64,000 nt of DNA from Lama guanicoe (lineage: Eukaryota): positions 2,590,084 through 2,654,083 of the forward strand of contig MU056050.1 of assembly GCA_013239625.1 (NCBI GenBank), written 5' to 3'. Under the pieces are notes generated by a model. The model was not told where the DNA came from. It saw nothing but the letters and a program-made list of their open reading frames with translations, and did no database searches. The first letter of the stretch is position 1, and each line of letters opens with the position of its first letter. This document shows, in pieces, positions 43,073-58,130 of this stretch. A program made the position numbers and the translations under genes.

Positions 43073-43507
43073 CTTGAAGAAGAATTGTCAATTTAGTTCA
43101 TCCCATCATATTTCTTGTTTATATTTTTTGAAATATGTTTTTATAACTTTTAATGTGAAATGAAACCTATATCTTGTATGCCTTACATATTTTAGGTAAG
43201 TTGGATTTAGAGAATGGTACTAATGAGGCTTCCCTTTGATTCAAGCCCACAGCCATTCTTTCATTCCTAGCCATTATGTCACTATATCACTGATCATTTT
43301 TGGAGATTGAGGGTGCATAACTGGATAATAACAATTGCAAAATGAAAACAGCTAATATCCATTAAGCACATTTACTATGTTCTAGGAAAATGTGTTTCTA
43401 TGTATTAACGTCTCACCCAAACCCTATGAGATAGGTAATATTCTTGTTAAATCTGGGGAAATAAATATGGGTAGGTCAGTGTATTTACTGTGACAAGAAA
43501 AACTTAA

Positions 43508-43912
<405 letters not shown>

Positions 43913-45155
43913 TGAAAAGACCTTCAGACTTTTTATTCTGTGATTAATCATGATACTATTATTCTTTCATCAAAATAGAAGGTGGTAAGAATCTGTGAGA
44001 AGGTGAAAGCAAAACTAACATCTTTCTCCCCCTTTTTTACTTAAAAGAAATGATCTTGGATGTTACCAAGGTTTAGTTGAACAAGAGGCTATTAGGGAAC
44101 AGGATGTTAATGGAACAGAAAAGTAGAACTAGATTGTGGTCATGTAGCCTCAAAAAGTAGGGTATTTCTTAATATTTTGGAAGTTTATTTATAGTCTTTG
44201 TTATTATAAAGCCTTGTAAATTATAGCCGTTTCGTTGTTCTATTGTATTTCCAAAGAGGCTTAAATGTGGTGCTCAAATACAGTTGTATTTTTATTGTGA
44301 CTTTTTTTTCTTTTATGGAAATATATACTTAATAGTTTAATTGATTTGCATAAAGTAAAAAGTCACATTCTTAAATTAATGCACTTAGCTTTTTCCATAT
44401 CACTTTTGTCATTAATGCTGCAAAAATGATATGGTGTTTTATAATTTGTAAAAACAATTCTTTAACATTCTTAGTTAAAATTTTTAATGGCTCTACTTTT
44501 GGCTGCATATGATTCTCATTAGAAAAATTAAAGTCAAGCAGTGGTTTGTTAATTAAGTTTAATTACTTTATATAAAAATTGTTTTGAGAGACTTCAAGTT
44601 TGATAGAATTTTTTTTAATTTGTAAGTTTCTTGTAGTGAGACTCAAAATTTTCAAAAACTCAAAAGTTACTCTAAATTGGAAAGTTGATACCCAGAAAAG
44701 ACTAGCATATCTAGGATTTTTTCCAAATTAATTGTGATTGTTTTGATATCTTTTGAGCACTGTTTCATTTACTTAGTAGATTTTGTCCTTTAGGTCTTAT
44801 CTTTTATGATCTCTTGCTTGTCCTCTACTAAATTTTTCTTTATTGTTCTAATTCATTTATTACCATGAAAGAGTAGATGTCTTCATAGTTTTGTGTCAAG
44901 GTTACTTAAAGGAAAAAGGGAGAATGTTGTTCAGTTTTTCTCTCATGAGTATAATGTACCTTTGATAATAACTCTGTGTTGACTCATTACTCTAGCCATA
45001 TTGCTTTAAATTTGGCCATGTCTAGGTATTGAATGACAAAGTTAATTTGTGGTTTTTAATTAGGTTATTCTTTTCAAGGTGGTATCACTAATGTGATAGC
45101 CTAAGATTTTTCACTTTGGTGGTTATTAATGTTTAATACGGTATAATATTCATAG

Positions 45156-45226
45156 GGTGAAGAACCTGATGAAGATGATGCATACCAGGTATTGTCAACA
45201 TTGAAGAGAATCACTGCTTTTCATAA
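45156..45226 (+). CDS. STAG2: STAG2 exon 21, GEEPDEDDAYQVLSTLKRITAFH(N)
   Basis: catag|GGT ... AA|GTAAGT; 71 nt. Confidence 0.98.
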
Positions 45227-45528
45227 GTAAGTTGAAGTTTCTGATTTCTCAAAACTGTAGCAAAATCAGAACCAACTTGCATATTTTGGGTTATAATGTG
45301 AAATTCTTTGCTGGATTTCTTGTGCTTTTGGGAAAAAAGTACTTGTAAGAGTCATGTTTTGAATGGGGAATGACAAATTATCCTAACATACTTTCAAAAA
45401 AATACACATTTTGTTGTTGTGGGTGCATGTTAAAAAGTTTACTATATTCAGTATTCTGTTAACACTCAAGTACAAAACAAATAAGATTAAGCTTAACTTT
45501 TTAATACAACTTTATTGTTTTTTTACAG

Positions 45529-45616
45529 TGCCCATGATCTTTCAAAGTGGGATTTGTTTGCCTGTAATTATAAACTATTGAAAACCGGAATTGAAAATGG
45601 AGACATGCCTGAGCAG
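45529..45616 (+). CDS. STAG2: STAG2 exon 22, [29 protein letters not shown]
   Basis: ttacag|T ... CAG|GTTTTT; 88 nt. Confidence 0.97.
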
Positions 45617-45682
45617 GTTTTTATTTATTTATAAATTTCGTATTTAACTTTGAGACTGAAGACTGTGACTTTTTAATTTTAA

Positions 45683-45823
<141 letters not shown>

Positions 45824-47511
45824 TAAATACCATTAATTGTTTTCAGCAAACCAGGACCAATTATTTCAGTAAAGTCTTGCTTATTGCTAATCTACTGTTG
45901 AGGCATGTGTAATTTTAAAAACAATTATTTGTAGTTTGATATATATTCAGTGAAAGAACATATTTATGTTTTATTTATGATTTCAAATTAAATCACACTT
46001 GAAGGAAGCATAATTTATGGATTTTCATATCATTCTCAAAAGTGCTGAGTACATACAGATTTTTGAAAATTATGACCAAGAGCCTTAGAAACATGCAGAT
46101 AAGAGTACTGAGTTTCATAAACTAATGATTACAAGTCACCTGCCCCTGGATCTTATGCCTTGGTATTGTTTTGAGATCATATTATTCATATTTAGGCTCT
46201 CTCTCCTGATATTCCAAATTCATGATAAATCACTTTCTGGTTGAGTATAATGTGCCAACTACGAGTTCATAGAACTTTCAAAATTTTTATCTGTAATGGT
46301 AATCTTTGATGTATTTAGTAGTTGAATTCAATGGTATTGCCTTTTTCATTTGTAAGTTAGAAGCTTAAACATCCTACTTGTAGTAGATGTTACCTTAAAT
46401 GTTGTTTAGGCACATTTTTATAAATATTAAGTAATTTTTTGGAAGTTAAAGAATTAGTTCATAATTATTTTCCTAAAAAAGTAATCCTCTGAATAATAAG
46501 TTTGTTTTATATAAAATCACAGAATAATTTTAGAATTTTTTTGAGGTTTTTAAGCACAAGATGCTACTATATCTACAAATTTCCTCCTTGAAAGGCAACC
46601 TATAGTACTGTTGTTAAAATAGTGTACATTTTGTCAAATACCCAAAAAGTTTATTTAACTCATTATTAAGCTTGTGGTAGGAATAATGACCATATTAGCA
46701 AAATATGATTGCTCACCTAAATCGGAAGCATTGAGTTAACATGGGAAAATACTTTTAGTAGAGGGAAAAAGGTAAAAATAAAGGTTATTGAATACAAAAT
46801 CATTTATGCTGAAGCTTGTTTGAGTTTTCTTCACCAAATCAATCTCCACGTTAAAACTGTTTTTATTTAACTTGTCTATTACATATATCAAACGTGTACT
46901 GATATTCTATCGCTTCACATCCAGTATCAAGAGGTGGGCCAAAAGTAATGCATTAAACGTATTAGTGTGGATGATCTTTATATAGAATAGTTTCCTATTT
47001 TAAGTTAACTGGTAAATATTTAGGGAAAAAATGCAAGAAAAAGAATCTTTTTAGTGTAGGTTTGTAAGACTTTTTTTCCCTTAAGTGGAGTAATACCAAA
47101 AAACTAATTTTTTTGATACCTTTATTTTTAAAAAGCACAACCAATCTCCTACAATTGAAATGGAAATGCTCTCCCTCTTTTTATTAATTAATTTATTCCA
47201 TTCATCAGTTAGCCATCCTTCAAATTACAAAGTGAGGATGGAGCATACGTTTTTACTTTTTAAGCATTCTGAGGTAGTGGATTTAGATGGATAGCCATAT
47301 ATAATCATACAAGTTTTCTCATTCTAAAGGACTCAAATCATTCAGGATATTATCCATTAATATACCTTGTAATTTTAAGGCTATAATTTGTTGAGATTTT
47401 AAGGAAAAATGGTTTTTGTTTTCTGATAAATAATAAAGAATTTAAATCTAATATACAAGCAGTTTTAATATAAATATATGATGCTGTTTTATTTAGTTTA
47501 AAACATCTTAA

Positions 47512-47691
<180 letters not shown>

Positions 47692-50292
47692 TAAGATACT
47701 CTGAACAAATACCTGAACTAACCTAGAAAATTTAAGTAATACTGAAATTGGGCAAAGTAGAAATATCTTGTATCTATCCATGTAGACCCTGCTCAAAAAC
47801 CAGATTAACATTAATTCCATACAGAGCATTACAAATTACCCTCATAGCACAGTTACTCTGTGTTATTGTTTCTTCATGCCACTTGGTAAATAGACCCAAA
47901 TATACAAAGTAGGTGTATGCAGTTACATAAGTTATTCCTGGAAGCAACAAGTATAACAAGTATGCCTCAGGGAGGAAAGGTCCATCCGATTTTGTCATCT
48001 CTGAGAGTATCATCAGATGTTGAATTCCTGCCCATCCTGATTGTGTAAGTTAAAATTTTTTCTTACGTGGTCTTTGTCTGAAATAAAAATTTTAATCACT
48101 TCCCTGTCTTCAAAGTGTTACCTTCCCACCCCATATGCCCTCTTGACTCCATTACTGCCAGCTTCTCATTCTGGAAATACCGTGTTATCTGGTGCAATAG
48201 GTAGTTTTCTCATCTGTAAAATGAATTCTGATCCTGGGACCAAGAGCCTATTTAGTTCTAATTCCCTAATAGAGGATTAAGCTTTTTTGGATGCATACTT
48301 TTTGAATGCTTCTGTGGGGAAGATGTTTTTATAATCATTTTGTAAGAAATATTAATAATGATACAGTCAGAATGCTTGTGGTGATTTCAAGGGGTTTTGA
48401 ACATTTTATCCTGCTTAACCTTTGTATATTGGGGTAGAGCCCCAGTAGTTCTCATAAGTGCTCTTTTTAGCAGCTTGTGTTCTGTTGGGTACTGTTTAAT
48501 TTAGAGTGTATTAACTTCTTAAAGCTACCAAGAAAACATTCAACCCTTTTATTTGTCACTTGTCTTTATTTCATTTTAAAATATCCAAACTAATTTTAAT
48601 GAAATACACTTGGATTTTCATTGTTAAAATTTTTTTACATTTAATACCTCACTGTTAGTATCATTTTTCTTATTATTTCCAACTCCCTTTTGTCCCTCCC
48701 ATACTATATGCTTGGGCACAAATAAATTAGAAGATACTAAATGGCCAAGATCCAGTTACTGAATTGTGTGTTTTTCTTTCAAAACAATAAAGTATATTGC
48801 CATAATTACTGCATTACTGAATTCTCTCCAGTTTTGAGTATGTAGTTTTGAACTGTAACAGTAAAGGACTTGGAACTTGAATTTTCTTCTCTACAATTCA
48901 GGTTAAAGGAACAAAATTTCTGAAGGTAGGAAAATGAGTTGAGAGTCAAAGTCTTATAATAGGATTTTAACGAAGAATATACTGATCCAAACTTAATACA
49001 TGAAGTATTACTTGATATATTTTCATAGGCGACCAAGATATTCAGCTTAGTATTCCTTATTTCTTACAGTGTTAACATATAATTCCTTACGGGTTAGTGT
49101 GTGTAATCTCCTTTATATGTAATCTGTTGTTTAGGCCTTGGAGATTAATTATTTGGTCATTAAATAGCTTGTGTATTAGTGTTCCTAACAGCTTCCAGGA
49201 ATATGCCCTGGTCAGCTGACAAGACCTGCCAGTTAACCTAATTAGTAAATGTCACCATGTTTATATCTTTACTGTGTATGTCGCAAAAGCTTTTGAAAAC
49301 TCAAATATCCTGATAGGTATAAATTACTACTATAGTAGTGAAATGAGAAGAAGAGACCAAAAGAAAAGGTAAAAAGTATAAAGAGAGAAAATAAATGTGG
49401 TTAGTTCCAAAAAAGCAAAACTATTATTAAGATCTGCTTTGTGGTCTATAGTATAATCTGTCCTTCTAATTGTAGTCTTCCATTATGTAATTATTCTGTT
49501 AGCTTTGTGACCCCTGAATTTTATTTTCATTACGTCTTCCCACAGATAATTAAATTTTTCCAGTTATCTTCTGACATTTTTACCAGTGTTTGACTCTATT
49601 TAAAACTTCTGGCAGAGTCTTTATAAAGCTCCTGGAGGTATATAACTTGTAGCCTTATGTGTATTATACTATCAGATTTGTCTGATGATTAGTAAGCAGG
49701 CCCATAGTTGATTATGCTTTTTCTATTTAATCAACACTCATGGACAATGAGAGTGCTTAAAAAGTACCATGGACTTTGTGATCTCTCTTCTAAGAGATCT
49801 TCAGGGATCTGTCTTCTAAGAGATCTTCGAGGAGATAATTTATCTTCTTGGTATAAATTTTTGTCTTCCAAGTTTATATATTACTTTATATTTGAGAATG
49901 TATACCATGAGACATTGTGGTATAGTGTAAAGTATGAGATTTGGAGCCAGAAAACCTGAGATTGAGTCCTGCCTGCATGTTTTTTTTCCTTTTTTTCAAG
50001 TGTGCATGTTCTAATGATATATTGCACAAACCACTTAAAAGTTGTTGACAATAAAAAAGAATATTTGTGAAACTACTTTGCAGTTTGTAAATCACAGTGC
50101 AAATATCAGGAGTTATTGTTGCAGAAATTACACTCCTTACCTTTAAAATCTTAGGAAAATACTAGAGATTGGTTTTTCTAAAGAGTTTAAAATACAGAAT
50201 GTTGGATTGTATTCCACATTAAATATGTAAGTTACTTGTGGCAGTTGGTGAGAAACGGGTTTATGGTATGCTTTCCTTTTTTTTTTTAATAG

Positions 50293-50532
<240 letters not shown>

Positions 50533-51389
50533 TGAAGTGTTACACTACTATTTGATACTTTATTCTTAAAACATGAAACATGGGTACATTTCCCAATGCA
50601 ATTTGTGTTCAGTTCTTGTAACATTGTAAAGACAATGTGATACCACAGACCATAGGCTTTGGAATCAGATCTTTGTTTCTCACTAGCTGTGAGCTGGTTT
50701 TTCTAATTTGTAGCTGCCTTACAGATTTTGGTACTGTATGAGTAAATTAAATTGAGTAAAGTGACTAGTACAGTGCCTGGGCATGTAGAAGGTAGGTACT
50801 CAATACAGTTTGCTTCCCTTTCCCCTTAATCATTGCTGATATCAGCATTCAAGTAATTAGAACAGAATAAAGTGTTTCTTTAAATGATGTATTTGTTGTA
50901 TACTTTTATAACATAGGTTTTCTGTAAAAGTCTTGGGCACTACAGAATGTTCACAGGTAAATAACCAAACCAACCTTGCCTAGTTGTAAGTTACTCTTCA
51001 CACCCTAATTGCATACACAGATGCCTTACTTGAACAAGAAATCATGGAAAAACAGGTAGTATTTGTTGACTTCTTTCTGGGTTTGTTTTAAATTTGAAGT
51101 TAAATTTGATATATAACATCAATATATGTATGTCCATACATAAACTGACACATCACTCCAAAATAGGACAAAATAGACTCAAAATAGAGTCTTAACTGTA
51201 ATTCTAGAATTGCCTTGTTAGCTTATGTTTATCAATAAAGAGCTTTATTCTCAAGTATTAAACACTTAACCAGAACAGGATTGAAAAATCTAAAGTAGCC
51301 AAAGCAGTTGTCAAAATCCATGTGCTTAAAGTTTATGTACTTAGAAATTGCATTCACTTTCAGCTATTGCTTTAGTTACACTTCATTTT

Positions 51390-51660
51390 TAACATTCATT
51401 TGACATTTATTAGTTAGCAGGCAGTATACTAGATGCTATGAATATAAACAAATGAGACATAGCTTTTCCTTTAAGAATTCAATTCAGGTGGAAAAGACTT
51501 ATCTAAAAACAAGTAATTATAATGCAATTTGATAAGTAATAGAGTTATGTACAGAGTGTTGTGGGAATGTAGAGGAAGTTCTAACTAGTCTGTAGGAGTT
51601 GAAACACCATTGAAATAAGCTAACATCTGAACTGGATCCTAAAAGATGAGTAGGAGTTTT
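51390..51660. mobile_element. L2 3'-end relic
   Basis: cattcatttgacatttattag...ctagatgctatgaatata...catctgaactggatcctaaaagatgagtaggagtt. Confidence 0.6.
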
Positions 51661-51879
51661 TAAACCTTCTATAGGAAAGCATAGTTATATACCAAAAACT
51701 GATAAATCAGTTTTGGTCCATGACCCTTTTGTTAGTTGGGGACTAACTTGACTTCATTTAGACCATAGAAAGTAGAAATGAGAATAATCTTGCTAATACT
51801 CCTGAATTTTATGGGAGCTTCTTGGAATTAACCTCAATCTTATCTCCTTGGACTTTGTTTTTTTTCTATTTACACTTTT

Positions 51880-53060
51880 AAAATGAAATGTATTCCAGTT
51901 CTATGAAAAAGTATAAAATACAACACATTTGTACATACCTACTACTAGCATTTGTCAAATTTTGCTCTGTTTGTTTCAGATTTGTTTTTTAAAGGAATAA
52001 AGCATAGATACAAAAGAAGCCCTTGTTTGTATCCCTCCCCAGTCCCATTATTCTTTTTCCCTAGACATAACTGCTATCCTGAATTTGGTGTTTATCATGC
52101 CTTTGCATTTTCATTTTATTTTACTAGTAGTTTATGTATCCTTTAACAATATAAAGGTTTTCTGTTGCTAGCTTCGACATAAATGGTATGCTGAACATTT
52201 TATTTTGCATCTTGCTTTTTTGAGTTAACATCTGAAAAATTTGTCACTGTTGACATGTAATTATAACTTATTCATCTTGACTGCTGAGTATTATGTGATG
52301 TGAATTAACCATATGTCATTCATTTTCATATTGATGAACATTTAGGTTTTTTCCATTTTTTCTATTATAAATAATGTTACAAAAATGTTCTTCTTGAGCA
52401 CATGTGCAAATGCTTTTCTAGTGTACAGGCATACCTCATTTTTATTGCACTTCGCAGATACTGTATTTTTGCAAATTGAAGGTTTGTGACAACTCTGCAT
52501 CAGGAAAGTTTGTTGGCGCCATTTTTCCAATGGCATTTGTTCACTTCATGTTTCTGAGTCAATTTTGGTAATTCTTACATTTCAAACTTTTTCATTACTT
52601 TTTCCTTTGTCATGGTAATCTGTCTGTGATTAGTGATCTTTGACATTACTACTACTACAGCTCACATGAAAGCTTAGATTATGGTTAGCGTTTTTTAGCA
52701 ATAAAGTGTTTAATTAAGATATGTACATTTTTTAGACATAATGCTATTATATACTTAGTAAGACTACAATATAGTGTAAACATAACTTTTATATGAACTA
52801 GGAAACCAGAGGAGTGTGATTCATCTTACTGTGATATTCCCTTTATTGGGGTGGTCTGGAATCAAACCTGCAATATCTCTGAGGTGTGCCTGTATACCTT
52901 AAGAGTGGAATTGCCAGATTCCACTATATAAGTATGCATTTTAAACTTGACCACATGTTTCCAAGTTAGTCTCCCAAGTATTTTATTCTTTCATTTTCCC
53001 ACCAGCAACATACGATAGTTTCCATTGCTTTTTGTACTCATCTAACCCTTGGTATTACAG
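51880..53060 (-). mobile_element. Old L1ME-like relic split by a Tigger insertion
   Basis: ttgatgaacatttaggtt...ttctagtgTA[Tigger]TAtaccttaagagtggaattgcc...ttccccaccagcaa; the L1 sequence continues across the insertion. Confidence 0.65.
52426..52892. mobile_element. Tigger1 internal-deletion derivative
   Basis: TA target duplication; TIRs CAGGCATACCTC (52426-52437) and GAGGTGTGCCTG (52881-52892). Confidence 0.88.
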
Positions 53061-54332
53061 ACCCATGGCTATTTAGTTTGTTAGCCCACCCACATCAGAC
53101 TAGAAGGGGAGAGTAAAATAGGGAATGCTAGAGGCACTGACAGCATGTAATGGCAGCTGACATCTATGAAAGGCCCATTGTGTTAGGTACTTCTCTAACG
53201 TTCTTTAATCCCCACAAGAGAAAAGGTGGCTAACTTTTGATAAGAAGTGAAGAAAACTAAAACTCAAGGCTTAAAAAACTTTTACTATCTGGGTAATTTA
53301 GTCTGTAGGGGGATTAAGTCTGTACACCTCTAGTTCCTGAGAGCAGTACCGCACAATGATTGGAAATAGTATCATTTGGAAATCCATTATAATCACAGAG
53401 TCATTAAGAAAAAGTTAGCTTAGTCTTTTAAAAGAATAAAGAGTATGGTTTAGGTTTCTAAGCAAAAGACTTCGGCATTCTGGAATAGGCACTTGTTTTG
53501 GTTCTGTCCTAAACAAATTCCTACTCTCAAAACTTGGTTTTAATTTATTAGCAGTTATCAAGGGTTATCAGAGATGGAGTGAAAGAAATACTTGTTATAA
53601 AAAGCTGTTATTTTATACACGATATTTTTTGATATAAGTAATTTCATTTGTAAAATTGGTCAAGAGTTCAGCTTTTTATGTAAAAGTCTTCATCACAATT
53701 TTATTTACAGTATCAAATAATTAGAAACAATCCTTTGACAATACTTGGAGGCTGTCGTCTGGATTTCCTGATTATGAATTTGGAAATAATTCTATTCCTT
53801 TGATAATTGAACATCAAGATCTTACATAATGGATCAGAACAGAAATATTTGAAATTATCTTAAAAAGACAGAATGATTTCTAGGTCAGTCTAAACTGAAT
53901 ATATGTAATACGTATAAAGGAAGTATGTATCAATAAAACTTGGGTTTGAGGTGAGGTGTAGGGTCATCTTTAGAAACAGATAGGAGAATTTTTGAGTTGG
54001 TCTGCCCCTAGGGAAGAAAGAGCTTTAACCAACAGGCATTGAATATGCAGATCTCATCACCAAACTATCCTGTTAGGAAAGTAGATGAATGTGTTTGGCA
54101 AGCATAGCCTGACCTCACTAAACATCAATTCCTCTGACCTACTCCACTTATTCCTGTTCCATGTTCACCAAACAGCCTTCTGATTATTATTTGATTTCAC
54201 AGAAAATTTGTCTATTGTAATAAATGGGCTGGTCATTCATGAAGATAGAGTAATTATAATTTTTATTTTATTTAAATGTGTTTTCCTTATTTTTAAAATT
54301 CTCCAAAATAATGGTGTTTTATAGTAAGAATT

Positions 54333-54405
54333 TTATATATATATGTATATGTGTATATATATGTATGTATATGTGTGTGTGTATGTATGTATATGTGTGT
54401 GTGTA

Positions 54406-54438
<33 letters not shown>

Positions 54439-54475
54439 GTATTTATGTGTAAAATGTATATATATTACATGTATT
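54333..54475. repeat. Compound (TA)n/(TG)n microsatellite
   Basis: About 140 nt of alternating TA/TG units. Confidence 0.95.
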
Positions 54476-54505
54476 TATGGCTGAAGTAAAATACAGATGG
54501 CTTAA

Positions 54506-54685
<180 letters not shown>

Positions 54686-55954
54686 TAGCAAGATATTTTT
54701 ATATTACTTTTATGGTTGGTTGCCATTGAATTTTTTTATATAGTAAATTTACTTTTGTAGCATAAAAGAAATCTCTTTAAATACTTAACATTTTCAGTAA
54801 CATTTTCTCATATCTCCACACCTCTTTTAATGGACATTTTGAGTTCATTTGCATTTGGAGTATTGAAAACAGCTTGTTTAAGGTTAACTGTCACTAATAA
54901 AAATTGCATTTGTGATTTAGTTTAAGATAGTAGGATGGTGTCCCTCCCCTGCTTGGCGTTGCATAAAAAAGTATTTTAGGAGTCAGTAGATATGTTTTAG
55001 ATGGTATAGTTTTGGCTTTGTTACTATGCAGCTTGTGACCTTGAGTAATTCAATACTTTTTGTATCCCATATTTCTTCGTCTGTTTCACTGGGATAGCTA
55101 AGATTCCTTAAGCTCTGAAAATCTGATTTGATTCACAATAGGTTATTCACAATTGTCATAAATACATTTGAGATTCTTTAACTTTTTAAGTAGCAGTAGA
55201 AAGGATAGTGTTAATTATACTAACAGAATGTGACTAAATATGATAATTTTTCTGTAATCCTTTTCCAAGTAAAATCTAATTATAAATATAAGCTTTTTTT
55301 AAGCCTTTGCTTTTACAAAATAAAATATATAGTACATTTAACAAAACCTAGTTAATTCTCTTTGGAATACTTCCCTACACGGTAGAATACTAGCACCATT
55401 ATAAAGTACTTTGGAATTTAAGTTATTTGGCATGATACTTGTTAGATTTTTTTTTTTAAAACTAAGATTGTTTTTGAAGTCATTTTGCAAGTTTTAAACT
55501 TTTAGACTTAGATATTCTACATTTGATTAATCATAGGGGCATGGTTATCCTGTTATCTCTGTTAGTTGTTATATATGCATTTTGAAACAAGACCTTTAAT
55601 TAGAAAAATTCACATGCAGTGTATAGTATAAATGTCACACACAGTAAGTTTCCTTTTAAATGTTGTTAACAAGCTATTCATTTCCATAAACCAAATTAAT
55701 AAAGTTGGAAACTGCACATGATGTATATGCCAGTAGCAATGAAAGTAACTGTGATTAAATTCATTATCTTAAATAGTTCAAAAAAAAGCACAAAAACTTT
55801 GTTTCTGTCCTTTGTTTTATTTCTGAAAATCTGTATAACTTAAATATTGTTACATAATATACCTCCTTAAAACCAATTCTGGAGCTTAATGTGATTAGAT
55901 CTTAAGTGATATTTCTGAACTTAACTGATGTTAGGAATTATGTGTTTAGAAATA

Positions 55955-56078
55955 CACAGCAAGAAAAAATGTGACAATATATGTATGTTCATGTGTAACT
56001 GAAAAATTGTGCTTTACACTGGAATTTGACACAATATTTTAAAATGACTATAACTCAGTAAAAAAAAGTTTAAAAAAA
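55955..56078 (+). mobile_element. Short L1 3' end (same family as 11740)
   Basis: aaaaatgtgacaat...ctgaaaaattgtgctttacactggaatttgacaca...A tail. Confidence 0.8.
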
Positions 56079-56198
56079 GAAATTATAATGACATTTCAGT
56101 AACATTCTTTCATGTCTCTGAAGGCATAATTTCAGCCAAATACATTTTTGTGACATGCTAATATGACTAACCTAAAATTAGTCTTGTCCAGTAATTTT

Positions 56199-56350
56199 TT
56201 TTAACATTTTTTATTGATTTATAATCATTTTACAATGTTGTGTCAAATTCCAGTGTTCAGCACAATTTTTCAGTCATTCATGGACATATACACACTCATT
56301 ATCACATTTTTTTCTCTGTGATTTATCATAACATTTTGTGTATATTTCCC
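56199..56350 (-). mobile_element. Short L1 3' end with 16-bp TSD
   Basis: TSD CTTGTCCAGTAATTTT at 56183-56198 and 56351-56366. Confidence 0.9.
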
Positions 56351-56405
56351 CTTGTCCAGTAATTTTAAGAGACAAAGTTCTAATTTGCTCAAATTTCTTT
56401 TCTAG

Positions 56406-56531
<126 letters not shown>

Positions 56532-56559
56532 TAACATAATAAACATTTAATAGTTTTCA

Positions 56560-57240
56560 AGGTAACAGTTGAAAACTGGGCAAAGGATGCAACAGATAGT
56601 TCATAAAAGTGGAAATATAAGATACTCAGTCTCACTAGTAGACATTGTGCAAGTGGAATCATTTTTTGCTTTGAGGCTGGCAAGATTGGCAAAACCTGTA
56701 GTTGCCTGAGGTATCAGGGAAAATCGGTACTGTCAACAATTTATGATTCAACTTTCCTGGTAGGCATTTTGGCAATGTATGTCAAAATTTATCATGTGTA
56801 TGCCATTTTAGGCAGCAATTCTACTTTTAGAAATTTATCCACAGTGGTAATAGGACAAATATGCAAAAAAGGGTGAATGAGCTTATACATGGCAAAAATG
56901 TTTATAATAGCAAGAAGTTAGAAATAAATCAAATGTTCCTCAATAGTATATTAGATGAATATGTTGTGTAGTACATCTTTGCAGTGACTATTGTGTAGCA
57001 CTTAAAATTAATGTAGGTCTATATTCATTCATCTGTAAAGATCTCTACAATATATAGTTTGAGAATAAAGTAGATTATAGTATAGCAACTCTATAAAATT
57101 GTGCATATCTCTGTATCTATTTGGGAAAAAAAATCACCAGAATGTTAGCTGGGGTTAACTTGCTTTGGTAGGTTTCAGGTGAATTTTACTTTTTCCTTTG
57201 TACATTTCCACATGTATTTCAATGAGCATTTATCAATCCT
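56560..57240 (+). mobile_element. Old L1ME-like relic
   Basis: cagcaattctacttttagaaatttatcc, tgtttataatagcaagaagttagaaataaatcaaatgttc. Confidence 0.6.
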
Positions 57241-57639
57241 ATAATCAAAATACAACAGTCATTTTGATTTTGGCAGTGGCAAGGCAGGTTTAATTAGGTA
57301 AAAATAATTTGCTTAGTATACTTTTGTCACTAGAGACCAAATGCATGCAAAACACAACCCAACCCATTTCATTTTGCTAAACTTTGTTCTTAGGAATCTA
57401 GGTATGAAAGCTCAATTTCATTTGCATATTTGGATACTCTTTATTAAAATTAATAGAATTTAAAAAATTTTAAAGGCAGCATTTAAATAACTTTTGCTAT
57501 AAAATAATAGCTGCTTGCTATAGAAAGTTTAGAAAATATTGTAGGAAAACTAGAAAAAAACCCAACTTTTCCCTAATTTTTTCCACTTAACAATGTTATA
57601 ATTTTTAATAGTCTTCCTAATCTTTTTTATGCCTATGTG

Positions 57640-58130
57640 AATCTTATTTTACAAAAATAAAAAATTGTATTGTGCATTCTATTTTGCAGTCCTCAAATTT
57701 TCATTTTAATAAATCCTGAATATTTTCATGCCATTAAATACTTTCCTCTTCATTTTTAATGATTGTAATATTCCATTTTATAGGACTGTAATTTAACCAT
57801 GATCTCTTCTTTGATGTTGAGGTCTTGTACAATTCTTAGCACTTGCTTATAAATAGCACTAAACCAAACATTTTTGTGCCTATGTATTGTACACAGGTAT
57901 TACTATTACCATTCCTTTTGGATAAAGTCTGGTCATTACAAGTGCTTAGTCAAAGGGCATGAGAATTCTAAAGCTTTCACTACACATTGCCAGATTGCTC
58001 TACAGAAAGAAAGGTTATCTCAATTTATGTTCCCAGCAGATCAGTGCTCATTATTCGAAGCAGTAGCCATTATCTGTTAAAAATCTTGGCAATTTGATAG
58101 TTGAAAAGTTGTATTTTGTTTTGCTTACTT
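57640..58130 (-). mobile_element. Old L1ME-like relic
   Basis: tacacattgccagattgctctacagaaag, tgccattaaatac. Confidence 0.55.

Noticed and set aside
54278..54484. ORF with YICMCV-type repeats
   Set aside because: Translation of the TA/TG microsatellite
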